Positions 38,001 through 49,620 of a stretch of DNA of 64,000 bases are shown here, in pieces. A model generated the notes under the pieces. That model saw nothing but the letters and a program-made list of their open reading frames with translations, was not told the origin of the DNA and ran no database searches. A program made the position numbers and the translations under genes. Source of the stretch: Monocercomonoides exilis PA203 (Eukaryota; Protista; Preaxostyla). Positions within the stretch are counted from its first letter, which is position 1, and each line of letters begins with the position of its first letter. The stretch covers positions 1,426,001 to 1,490,000 of the forward strand of contig LSRY02000014.1 in assembly GCA_001643675.2 (NCBI GenBank). The letters run 5' to 3'.

Positions 38001-40156
38001 TTTATTCTCAATTCCCATCTGCTAAAAAGGAGCGTTCATACATCGCAAAGGAGACTGTATCTACCAAACTGGCAAGAAGCAGCAATTTGTGTCTGCTTCA
38101 GCAGATCTGTGCACTGACTCTGCTTTATTCACACAGCAAATCTCGAATTGAGAGGTTGAGAGACATCGAAGTGAGAGAAAGAGAAGAAGAAGAATACAAA
38201 AGCCAAAAAGTGCGCAGAGAGTTTCAGAGATGCGACATTCTGAGAAGATCGAAGGAGATATCTTCTGAGCATGCGAAACAAAAGCAAAGAAAGAGAAGGC
38301 TGAGGAAGCAGCAGAGGAAACAGATAGCACAGAGATATAGGATGGAGATTGAGGACATTCTGAGCAGAATAGAAAATGGAAGAATTGAAATAAAATCAAA
38401 AGCAAACGCAACAACAATCAGGAACATCATATCAACTCATCTCGAAGAGCTTGAGCTTTCGTCTTCAGATTCGGTAAGTGAGAGCGATTCTTATTCTGAT
38501 GAAGAAGATGATGGCACACTTGATTCTGCTGCCAGATGCTCATCCAATGAACGTGGTGCAATCTTTCCGTCATCATCATCTTCTTCTTTTAGACAGTCTC
38601 ATTTGACTGATTCACACATTGGAACTAACAGTGAAAATTGCTCAATATCATCACAAGAAACATATTCTGATATGGGATCAAGCTTTTTGGATGATTTTGA
38701 TGGTACATTTGATTTTGACAACACAGAAAGCGATCAATTTGACGAAACGAAAGAAGAAGATTCACTTTTGGGGTATGTGAAAATAGGAACATCTGTACGA
38801 GATGGAAACCCTGACAGCCGGAGAATGCTCCAATGGAAGCAGAACGAGAGGAAGCAATGGTACAACCGCTGGGCAGGCAGATGCGATGCCAAGACACTTG
38901 AAGCAGAGCAGCAGGAAGAGGACGACATGTTTGAGGGCATTTCATATGCAGCGCTGATGGTGCTGCTGCGCTTGGCAGAGCCTGAAAACTTGATGAGCTA
39001 CGATCAACTCCGCACGGCTATTGAAAATGTGGACAGCAATCTGTTGATGTTGCGAGTGAAGATGCTAAAAGGCCCGAAAAAGGAAGAGAACGAAGAACGC
39101 CGTGGCAAATTTGGCTGGCTGGCGCTTCTTCCTCAGCTAGAGCCTTTCTATCACACACAACAGGTTACTCAGTCAAGAGTCGAGGCAGCTGAAATTCTTG
39201 TATCAAATGGTGTTGTTTACACATTGTGTGCTTGTTTGAATCGATCTTGTTCGTTGAATGGTCACAATAGCAGGTGGATGGCTCTGATTGCAGCTTCTGC
39301 ACTTGGGTGGATCATTCATGCACTCGATGCTGCTGGCAAAGAGCAGAACAGGACAAGGAGTGCAAGCAGCAGTTGGCTGGCAAATGAAAAGAAAAAGAAC
39401 CAAAAAGAAATCGATATCGAGCAGCTGTTGGCAGAAACGTCTGTTGTTAAGAGACTGCTGACAAAAGAGGATGTATTGGCTTTGATGGAGGAAGAAGGGG
39501 CATTTAATTCGCTTGCGCTTGAACTTGCACTTCTTCGCTTTTCTCCATTTTTCCCCGAGCCAATAACTTCTGCAACATCAACAACTTCTCAAAAGGATGC
39601 AACTGAAAAGGTATTTAATTCAAACGAGAGAAGAGATAACACATGCATTATTCCTTGTACAATTAATTCTGAAGAATCACATTCAACAAGCAATAGCCGA
39701 GTTGGTATGCTAAAAACATTGAGCTTGCACCTCATTGACATCAGGGAGAGTTTTATGAAAATGATAGTTGAAGAAATAAAGCACAAAAAATCTTCAAAGC
39801 ATTCGAAACGGACGAATTTGGATACAAATGAAAAAAATAAACAAAATGGAAATTATGTTGAAAATTGTTCTGAGGAAGTTACTGAGGCACATAGAGCTGC
39901 TGAAAGATTAACGTGGCAGATTCGTGATTTGCTAAATGCTCAATATTTACGCCCCGCAGAATCAAAGAAAGCTGCGGATGAGATTTCAAGTGAATTGAAT
40001 GCTCTGTCTTCCATTGCGCCTTTCCCACCTGCTCCAAAACTTGATTCTGCAGAGATTGAACCAGCTTTTCTACCTGAATTCAGACAAGAATGTCATTTGC
40101 TTTCAAAGAGATGCTACTGTCATAAATACACGCATTTAATGTTTTATCCAAAATGA
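29046..40156 (+). CDS. Giant (~3,300 aa) ARM-repeat protein with importin-alpha-like repeats separated by long charged/low-complexity insertions
   Basis: Small 5' exons are followed by four long exons (ORFs 29859-31970, 32296-33843, 34006-36477, 36713-40156), separated by AT-rich pyrimidine-rich introns. ARM-like segments include IQDVIDRGVI, WNTLFLLHEITYGTLKQI, EVRDLAIALAG, VVKNALMVVANLCS and LLNIVEKGTDEQIDYCV. Confidence 0.7.
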
Positions 40157-40534
40157 TACTTTTTTTTAAAATTTCACTTGATAAATTATCTTTTCTTTAT
40201 AATTTATTTTTTCCGTATTTTTCACAAATGTTAAAAGATGAAGATTTGACGTCAAATAGAACATATGTACCACGTAACACAATTCAAAATAGCAAAATTG
40301 TTATCAATTCAATCCAATTCTTTTCTCTTTTTTTGATGATGATGAAACAAGAGCGAACAAAATGAAAGAAATTTGCATGCATTTTGAAACATTATTTCTT
40401 TATGAATATTAATAAATGATTTTTGAATAATTCATATTTTTTATTTGTTCACATTATTTTTATATTGCACCAACATTTTTCGAAATAATAAATAAATAAA
40501 TAAAATTTAAAAATTATCAAAAAAAAAAAAAAAA

Positions 40535-40566
<32 letters not shown>

Positions 40567-40670
40567 GGCCTAACTGTAATAGACAACTCTTTTCACAAAA
40601 GTCTCTGTTTGCTTGCGAACAAAGGAAATAATCACTTGTTATCATAGAAAAATAAAATGTGTATCTTATT

Positions 40671-40716
40671 TTCTTTTCTTCTATATACGAGAGATCATCA
40701 CTTAAGTGTTAGTCAC
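40671..40716 (+). repeat. About 46-bp direct repeat, also present at 45087-45132
   Basis: TTCTTTTCTTCTATATACGAGAGATCATCACTTAAGTGTTAGTCAC versus TTCTTCTCTTCTATAAACGAGAGATAGTCACTTAAGTGTTCGTTAC. Confidence 0.7.
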
Positions 40717-41252
40717 ACAACAGACCTGAAATGAAAAAATTAGGACGAATTTTCAATGGTGATGAAAAATAGCTAAAAAAGGAAAAAAAAGAAACATGAT
40801 ATTGTTGTGTCACTCATTTCATATCGCGCCTGAAGATGAAGGAAAATGGATCATTAACGGTATTTGTTTATTACAAGGGTGGAGGTGTATTGAGGCGGGA
40901 AGAAGAGAAGGAAGTGAGAGAACACTCTGCTGTTGTGAAACATTTTTCATCAGAATTATGTGATCCTGAAGATGCTTCTTAATTGTTTTCATTATAAAAG
41001 CGAATTTTTATAGCAAATTTAAGTCGTTCAGAAAATTATTGAATGATATGAAAGATTTGTCGGTTATTGTTTGAAAAAAAAAAACTTAATCAAAACTAAA
41101 TAATGTTTGTTTTCATATATGACAGGAAATTATATTTAAAAAAAATGTGATCCAGAAAAAAAGGTTAATTTGCGAATGATAAAAGCATTAATACAAAAAA
41201 AGAAACAATGCACAAACAAAACAAAATGACAAAAATTGCAAATAGCTCCATT

Positions 41253-41302
<50 letters not shown>

Positions 41303-41339
41303 AAAAAAAAATTAAAAACAAACCATTTGCAATCAAAAC

Positions 41340-42190
41340 GGCTGGTCGGACACAAACATGGAAGGCCACTTATTCTTTCTCCTGCTTGCTTTGGAAAGCT
41401 AAAAAAAAAAACAAAATGCAAGCAAATTCTAAGAGCCAGAAATCGAACCAATTAAATTGGTGTGAATTGCAGCAAATTCACCGCTCATCGACTATTACGC
41501 TTTATAAATAGAAAATATACAAAGAGAAAAATCAAACCTTTCCTATCAAAGAATGCTTGTGAGAAGAGAAACGAATTTGCTGAAAACATTTTTGGGATGA
41601 TGAATTCTGTGAACTTTCAATCTTCGCTGAGGAAAAAAATTCAATTTAATTGGACCAGATAAATCAAGAATGGAATGGATTGAAGAAGATAATGAAGAAA
41701 ATTCAGATCATCAAAGTCAGAATAAACATGAAAAAATAAGTATATGAACCGCAGTTGGTTATTATTTCATTTCTCCTATCATTTTTGTCAGTGAAACAAT
41801 GAATTATGAGGAATATTTTAGTATTTTGAAGTTTTCATTTATTCCTTTAACATGCAAGCTGTACAAAAATAATTGGAGATTCATCCATGTATAATCACTA
41901 ATTCATCGATCTTTAAAGGTGCAAAATATTATTTAAAATTCTTCAATAACCAGCGTTGAATTGTCCCCTCATCCTCCAGATTTTTATATCATCGAAAATG
42001 AATAAAGTATTTTTTCAAGGAAAATTTTCAAAAATGGAAAACCTAAGAAAGATGCGAATAAGCTGAAACAATCAATTTTGGCTGCCTGGAATGAAATACA
42101 AATGGATAGAATTAATAAACTTGTTCATTCGACGTACAAACGCCTTTCAAATAGTTATTTTGTATGCAGGAGGATCAATCAACTATATAT
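41340..42190 (+). pseudogene. Degenerate Tc1/mariner (Tc3-like) transposase
   Basis: Frameshifted fragments HGRPLILS, KPFLSKNACEKRNEFA, IFAEEK/FNLIGPD (compare Tc3 IFSDEKKFNLDGPDG), SPHPPDFYIIEN (WPxxSPDLNPIEN) and LKQSILAAWNEIQMDRINKLVHSTYKRL...AGGSINY. Confidence 0.8.
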
Positions 42191-42457
42191 ATATTTTGAT
42201 TAAGATTTTGGGATTAATTGTAGAAAATTTTCTTTTTTAGAAAAAAAAAATCACATGTTTTCAACAAATAATTTTTAACATAAACATGAAAATTGTTCTT
42301 TTTTATTGTGTTTGAAAATAGAAAATAAATTTATCTTTATTGCACAAAATTTACATGTTTGAAAATATCAATAATTGCATATTATTATTCTCTTGCAAAA
42401 TTGTTGGTTCATATTTTCAAATTGAAAAAGTGGATCATTTATTTTTGATTATCAGTA

Positions 42458-45033
42458 TGATTTGATCAACATCTCATTTGTCATCCCTCAACAATTGTTC
42501 GAGCTGCTCTCATTTGGCTTGAACTCTGGTTTAAATTGTAATCTCAATTGTTTTCTTCTGGACAACTTCTCTTTCATCCTCTTCGTTACTGTGCTCCTCT
42601 GGTTCCTCCACGAGGCTTGGTAATGATGATTCTTCTTCTTCATTGCAGATCGTTTGGTTTCTGTTGTCATGTTGTCGATCTTTTTTTCCCTTACTGATCA
42701 TGCTTCTTTTTCTGCTCTCGATGTTGTCTGACTTTGAGTTCAGACTGTAGTCCTCCTCGTTTTGCTCTTCCTCAACTGACGAAGAGCCTTCCATATCTTC
42801 TGAACTTTATTCGTCATCTTAAGCAATTTTTGGTTTGCGAAAAGTTTGGAGATTTAAAAGTGATGACTGAGTCTGGGCGGAAGTTGTAGAAATAGACGTT
42901 TGATCTGCAATCACTTTCGCACAGGAGGTGGCAACATCTGTTCGAAAATAGTGATAAGTTATAGAATCACTTCGTGGTTATAGACGAGCAAACTTTTCCA
43001 CTTGGAATATTGGAAGTCCTGTTATTGTCAATGCGGATATTGAAGCAAACTTTTTCGAGTGAGTACCTGAAACAATTCGGTAAACCTGTCTTGTGAAGGA
43101 GATTTGCTACAGGCTTTTTCAGTGCTCTTGCGGAAAGTGGCATTTTTCTGCAATCGTTTATAAACAAGTGATCGGTGTTGTTTTGAAGTTTGCTTATTCT
43201 GGACCACAATTCACTTTCTGCTGAGGCAGGACATCTTGAAGGAGTATCTGCGAGAAAGGGAATTATAATGCCTGTTCTTTTGTGTCCAGTTTTCAGCGAA
43301 AAGTCCAATGTAATAGAATCTTCCCTCACCGCAGAATGCGTCAGACAAATCCGCTTGAGCTCGGTGAAACGGCAAGAAGAGAATGGCGTGCAAAGACAAA
43401 TTGTTTTCTTCGTGAGAGAGGGAAAAGATAAGCTCCCGTTCTTGCCTAACCCTGTTAAATAATCAAGAATATTTACGTGGTTCGATATTTCAGGCTTGTT
43501 TTTCTTCTTCATCCTTTCAAATCAATTAATTGATTGGAGGAGAAGCTTCATTAGTGGGTTATCTCCCAAACTTTTCTCGAATAATAGCTGAGAAAAAAAA
43601 ATGGCAGATCGTATTTAGCAAAGTGATGGCTCCTTCAACCCCTTGTGGAAAAGCTAAAGAAATACATCTGCACATCGAACGACCCAATTAAACCAATCTC
43701 CAACAGTTTGACCATCACCGCAGTTTTCCCACCAGTCTCCAAAATAAGCATGGCTAAGTTAATGCCCATGCCATGTCGAAGGCGAAATACTGAATTTACT
43801 CAAATCACATATTTCCATTCGATATCACTTTGTTTGCAAAACTCCTTTGAACCAGTGTTCTCCATTGATCGCTAAGGATCTGTCAAGATCGCACGAAGAT
43901 TCTCTGGTTGCAGGGAAGCATCCATCCTCTTCATCCATGTTCCCGGTATAAGCAGGTCACTCTGTCTCTTCCACGTCCATTCTATATGGGTCGTTCTTTT
44001 CAACAGAGGCTCCCATATTTGTACCTTCCAATCGGGAAGAAGGAGAAAAACTCGAGCTTATTCGAGAATCGTTTTCCTGATTGTCGGAAGAATAAGAGGA
44101 ATTGAAGGACGAGCAAGAACTGTCTCTCCTCGTCAAAACTGCTGCAGACCGTCTTCGTTAATCGGGATTCATCGCTCGCACCATCGATAAGCTTCCCTGT
44201 TGCACGGTGTAGAAAACGCGTCCAGCATGATTTTTGCTTGCATTTTCTTTATTATTCCTTGAAAGACTTTATGTTTTATTTGATAATCTCCTCCACTTTC
44301 TGATCTTAAAAGAAAGTTGGTCATACCGTTTTGCTCGCCCAGAATGTTTTGAGCTTTCACTTGAACTTTCATCGCTTTTTGTAAGTCTCCATATCTTCGT
44401 AAGCAGCCTTCAAAGGTTTGTTCCCGTGTGCCATCTGTTTATGTTGAAAACCGATGGTGAGTTGTTCGATCTTAACAGAAGTGTGTTGATGTGGTTGGAT
44501 GAAAGTATTGGAGTGAAATAGATTAACGATTGAAGAATCGCCCACATTTCTCGATAATTGGAGCTTTGGTTACGTTGCCAACGTGGGAGCGAACAATGGA
44601 AGTCGTTATCTTTGTTTCTAATTCTTTAATAGGCTCCAACTGCTTTTCTTGATGCGTCCGTTGGGAGGATTGCTTCTGGAAGGAACAGAGAACAAAGCTG
44701 TCAGGGAATATTGGACTTCAATTTCAATATCCATTTGGTCTAACTTGGGAGGATAGAATGGTTGATCTTCATCTTCCCTTTCCATCATGCCCTCGAAACC
44801 ATCGCGTTCAGAGTGAGATAAAGAGTTGAAAGAAAAAGAGAAGCTTCCCTAAACATGAACCTTGTGGCGTTCAGTTTTCCAATGAAAGCTGCCAGGTCTC
44901 TCACTCTCACTTCTTGTGTTCTGAGGGACATTCTCCTCCATTTTTTTCATTCCTTTGTTAGATAATTCATTCTTTTCCTATCTCACGCTATATGAAAATG
45001 GTGTGTGTATCAATCGAATCACAAACAGGTGAA
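42458..45033 (-). mobile_element. Decayed DIRS-like tyrosine-recombinase retrotransposon (left copy: RT C-terminus, RNase H, methyltransferase, YR); RT N-terminus missing
   Basis: YR fragment 42967-43512 (KKTICLCTPFSSCRFTEL...LKTGHKR...CPASAESELW...YSL, then TYHYFR). 43875-45033 is the reverse complement of the RT/RNaseH/MT segment of the right copy. Confidence 0.85.
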
Positions 45034-47908
45034 GCATTCCAATTAAAGCGTTAGCACTTTGATTTAAAAGAAAACGTTCTCTCACTTTCTTCTCTTCTAT
45101 AAACGAGAGATAGTCACTTAAGTGTTCGTTACGATCACTGATCTTATAATGATGATTCAAAACAGTCCTCTTGGAATAGGACTTGCGACCGAACCGAGCG
45201 CAGCGGAGCTGCCAGGTAGTTAACAATAGGGTTTGTGATGTTTTCCGGACACTTTTTCGTCTCCTAACCTTCTTCTTTCTCAACCTTGCAACCTTCATCT
45301 TCTATTTCTTTTGACGAAGAAAAATAAGATGATGATACACTTTTTGTCGACTCATTTTTAGAAATATATGTTAAACCATAGAAATTATCTTTGAAAGATC
45401 TGCTTATACCGGAGCTAGTGATAAACGATTGAATATCCTTCTTTAAAACAGAGGATTAATCACCATTCTTATCCAGCACACCTCCACATTTTGTGAGGAT
45501 TGCAAATCCTTTCAAAGATTCATTCGACCAAGCAGGCGAAAGATGCGAAACGTTTTATTCCATGTTATGAAATTGCTATTATTTGCTCATTCAAAGACTT
45601 AAAAGGATGATGCAGCTCATGAACCAATAGCAAAAGCATGTTTTCTTCTCTTCCAATCCCTGAAGGAGGCTGGAAACGCTCGTATTTAAGCGAGATTGGG
45701 TTTTTCCGAGGCAGAGAAAATTTCGGAATTATCTGCATCAACAGTTTTGACCGAAAGACAAAGGGATCAACTCGAAGAATCAAGAAAAACAATGAAGACA
45801 ACATCCAAAAGATGGATACATATATCTTTAAATACTATTGTCTTTGGCAAGAGATATTATGGGAAAGACAGAACCAGTCTGAGAGATCAGCATTCACAGT
45901 TTTTTCGTTCTGGCCCCCTGTCGTATGTGTGGAGAAGATCAGCAGGCACGTAAAACAGAAGCCCTTCGCAGCAACAATCCAGGGGAGCGAGAACAAATTT
46001 AGAAATTTGCATTCAACGGCAGGAGGAAGAACGGCATATTTTGTTAAAGCTAAGAAGGATAGATGGAGAAAAGTTGGCAAAAGGATGTGTTATTCCGATT
46101 TGGAAAAACAGAAAAGCTAGGGAGAAAATATAAAACTCAAAAATGGAAACTTGCAGCCCCAATCAATCACGGGAAGCAACATATGTGATGAAAAAGCTGA
46201 TCCTGGATTAACTCGAAACGAACATAATACAAAAAAATACCGAAAAGAAAGGTGAAACATTTGAACCCATTGTTTGTGATAAATAAAAAACAAGGAGGAT
46301 GGAGACAAATTATCGACTGCAGAGTGTTGAACAATGCAACACAGTTTTTTATTTCAAATGGGAGGATTATAGGTCAGGAGAACGAACAATAGCAAGAGGA
46401 GATTTTGCGACAACCATCGATCGAAGTCAGGCCAATTGCTTAATGAAAGTGGACGACAATTTCAAGCCGTTTCTTGCATTTGAATTCAACAAGAATTACT
46501 TCTGTTTCAACGGAATGCCATTTGGATACAAAGATTCACCGAGAATCATTACAAAAATCATGAGAAAAGTGACACAATTCATTCAATTGCAAAGGAGCTT
46601 AAGAAAAATCGCGAACCAAGACGATATCATTCTTTTTTTGCTATGACCAAAAGAAATAAAATTGGGTAACTCATAAAGTCGTTTCTCTTTTCGAAAGCCT
46701 TTGTCTTCTATTAAACAGAGAAAAGAGTCATTTGATTCAATCGAAAACTTTCACCTGTTTGTGATTCGATTGATACACACACCATTTTCATATAGCGTGA
46801 GATAGGAAAAGAATGAATTATCTAACAAAGGAATGAAAAAAATGGAGGAGAATGTCCCTCAGAACACAAGAAGTGAGAGTGAGAGACCTGGCAGCTTTCA
46901 TTGGAAAACTGAACGCCACAAGGTTCATGTTTAGGGAAGCTTCTCTTTTTCTTTCAACTCTTTATCTCACTCTGAACGCGATGGTTTCGAGGGCATGATG
47001 GAAAGGGAAGATGAAGATCAACCATTCTATCCTCCCAAGTTAGACCAAATGGATATTGAAATTGAAGTCCAATATTCCCTGACAGCTTTGTTCTCTGTTC
47101 CTTCCAGAAGCAATCCTCCCAACGGACGCATCAAGAAAAGCAGTTGGAGCCTATTAAAGAATTAGAAACAAAGATAACGACTTCCATTGTTCGCTCCCAC
47201 GTTGGCAACGTAACCAAAGCTCCAATTATCGAGAAATGTGGGCGATTCTTCAATCGTTAATCTATTTCACTCCAATACTTTCATCCAACCACATCAACAC
47301 ACTTCTGTTAAGATCGAACAACTCACCATCGGTTTTCAACATAAACAGATGGCACACGGGAACAAACCTTTGAAGGCTGCTTACGAAGATATGGAGACTT
47401 ACAAAAAGCGATGAAAGTTCAAGTGAAAGCTCAAAACATTCTGGGCGAGCAAAACGGTATGACCAACTTTCTTTTAAGATCAGAAAGTGGAGGAGATTAT
47501 CAAATAAAACATAAAGTCTTTCAAGGAATAATAAAGAAAATGCAAGCAAAAATCATGCTGGACGCGTTTTCTACACCGTGCAACAGGGAAGCTTATCGAT
47601 GGTGCGAGCGATGAATCCCGATTAACGAAGACGGTCTGCAGCAGTTTTGACGAGGAGAGACAGTTCTTGCTCGTCCTTCAATTCCTCTTATTCTTCCGAC
47701 AATCAGGAAAACGATTCTCGAATAAGCTCGAGTTTTTCTCCTTCTTCCCGATTGGAAGGTACAAATATGGGAGCCTCTGTTGAAAAGAACGACCCATATA
47801 GAATGGACGTGGAAGAGACAGAGTGACCTGCTTATACCGGGAACATGGATGAAGAGGATGGATGCTTCCCTGCAACCAGAGAATCTTCGTGCGATCTTGA
47901 CAGATCCT
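43875..47908. repeat. 1,159-bp inverted repeat pair (43875-45033 and 46750-47908) with a 1,716-bp spacer
   Basis: Spot-checked segments are exact reverse complements. Identical mirrored ORFs occur at 44234-44521+/47262-47549- and 44169-44372-/47411-47614+. All paired coordinates sum to 91783. Confidence 0.95.
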
Positions 47909-49620
47909 CAGTATCAAACGGAGATATTTGATTCAAAGCCATCCTCCAGGCAAAGAATTTTCCATCGATATGGTCAATTTGAACGAATCCAGCTTTTCAC
48001 CATCAACATGGAATAGATATTTACGAAGTTATACTCGTTTCGGAGAAGAGTGGGCTGTGTGCAACTATGGTCCACCTCCAAGTGATTGGTTTGACTGGGT
48101 TATAAAATGTGCGGATATCTTTCTTAGACTTCACGACAAGGGACAAAAATGGTATTCGCAATGAAAAACACGATCAGCAATTTCTCTTGTGTCTCAACTG
48201 TTGTTTGAAAAGCAGAAAGCAGATTGTCCATCAATGAAGATTCTTTTCCGATCTTTCCAAAGACTCAAAAACAGAAAAAAGAAGAAATTTGCCTCCTATT
48301 TGGAATTGAAGAGTTCTTTTGGATTATATAGCAACCTTAGGAAAGAACAAAGACCTGGATAATGACACACTCATGAAAAAAACAATCTGCCAATTCATTT
48401 TATTTTCAACCTGCCGTTTCACTGAACTAGAGCTAATAAGTCTCACACATTCCACAAAAAAAAGAGGACTCAATAGCACTTGACAACTTGTTGAAGAGTG
48501 GAACAAAAAGAACGAACATCTTCATCCTTAACCTGAGAGAAACACCACTGATTTGCACTGCATCGGATGTGAATGAATTGTGGTTAAGAGTTGAAAAGAT
48601 ACAGATTAATACTGATCATTTTTTTCAGGAAAAAATTACAAAAAAGCCACTGTTTTCAAGAGACCTGAGAAAACTTGCATCTGAAATCATTCACAAATCA
48701 GGTATTCCAGATTGTCTCGGAACTTATTCACTAAAGCACGGTTCAATATCTGCCATAACGATGTCTGGAATGCACATAGCACAAGTTGACAAGTTCGCAA
48801 GGCTGTCTTCGTTAAGCGATACGATAACGAACTACTATTTTCAATCAGATGTTTCTTCCTCTTGTACAAGAGCTATAGTACAGTCTAAACCGGATATAAT
48901 CACATCTGTTTTTGCACAACTTTTTGTGACTATATCCGATTGTGATTACACACGATGATGCTTTACACAGAAAAAAATAAAAATTAATTAATTAATTATC
49001 TAATTTAGGGTCGAATTTTTTATTTTTCGAAATACTACACAAATACACTTTTTTCACTTGCTTGATCAATTTTGATCATGAATACACATTATTATGACTT
49101 ATTTGAGCACATTTTTGAAAAAGCGAAATTTCGAAATTTTAAATCCAAAAATCGATTTTTCATAGAAAAAATTATCCATAATAATAAAAAATTATGATTA
49201 TATATTTTCAGCCCTGTGATTGTATGCGATGAAAAATGAACGAAAAACAAGCAAAAAATGTCGGTACATCGAAAAATGTGACAATAAACGATGTTGATTA
49301 TATTCAATGTGATTATTTCCGGTTTTGACTGTAGTTCAATCAACCAAAAGCAATGTTCAAAGAGAAATTCAAAGTGACTCAGCTGATCCACATTTAGTGA
49401 ACTTGAGAAGCTCAAAAGAAAATTATGCAAGCAGAAATGATATTGAAGATTCAACCATAGCTGAGAACGAACAGCAGGAAGTGGATAGAAGAGGAGATTC
49501 AGGATCTTCACACATGACAAAGTGCGCATGAATGTTGAAGATGAAAAGGAAAAACAGCAGATTTTGCAAGAAACCAGGAAAAAGCTGTATGTTATTCAAC
49601 AACTGATTGTCTTAAGCTAA
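45600..49620 (+). mobile_element. Decayed DIRS-like retrotransposon (right copy): gag-like?, RT, RNase H, DNA N6-adenine methyltransferase-like domain, tyrosine recombinase
   Basis: RT: PLFVI, IIDCRVLN, ATTID, FLAFEF...FNGMPFGYKDSPRIITK, QDDI (from YxDD). RNase H: TDAS, SSNYREMWAI, RSNNS, ILGEQNGMTNFLLR. MT: DAFST..N, DGLQQFW, PDWKVQIW. YR: FSTCRFTEL, TYSLKHG, TITNYYF. Many stops and frameshifts. Boundaries are approximate. Confidence 0.85.
48881..49331. mobile_element. 451-bp Tc1/mariner-type MITE inserted in the YR gene
   Basis: 25-bp TIRs CAGTCTAAACCGGATATAATCACAT and ATGTGATTATTTCCGGTTTTGACTG (2 mismatches), with a TA target duplication at 48879-48880 and 49332-49333. The interior is AT-rich and non-coding. 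Confidence 0.9.

Noticed and set aside
30142-39786. Many antisense ORFs over the giant ARM gene and other long exons
   Set aside because: They are shadows of E/K/S-rich sense codons (Ser/Phe/Leu-rich translations) with no independent coding signal.
1-40156. TAA/TAG=Gln code as in some oxymonads and hexamitids
   Set aside because: The cyclin, TBC, Rab1 and Cys-rich genes end at TAA where their proteins should end, and the long exons have no in-frame TAA or TAG.
49004-49010. Isolated TTAGGG hexamers
   Set aside because: Single occurrences only, with no telomeric array.
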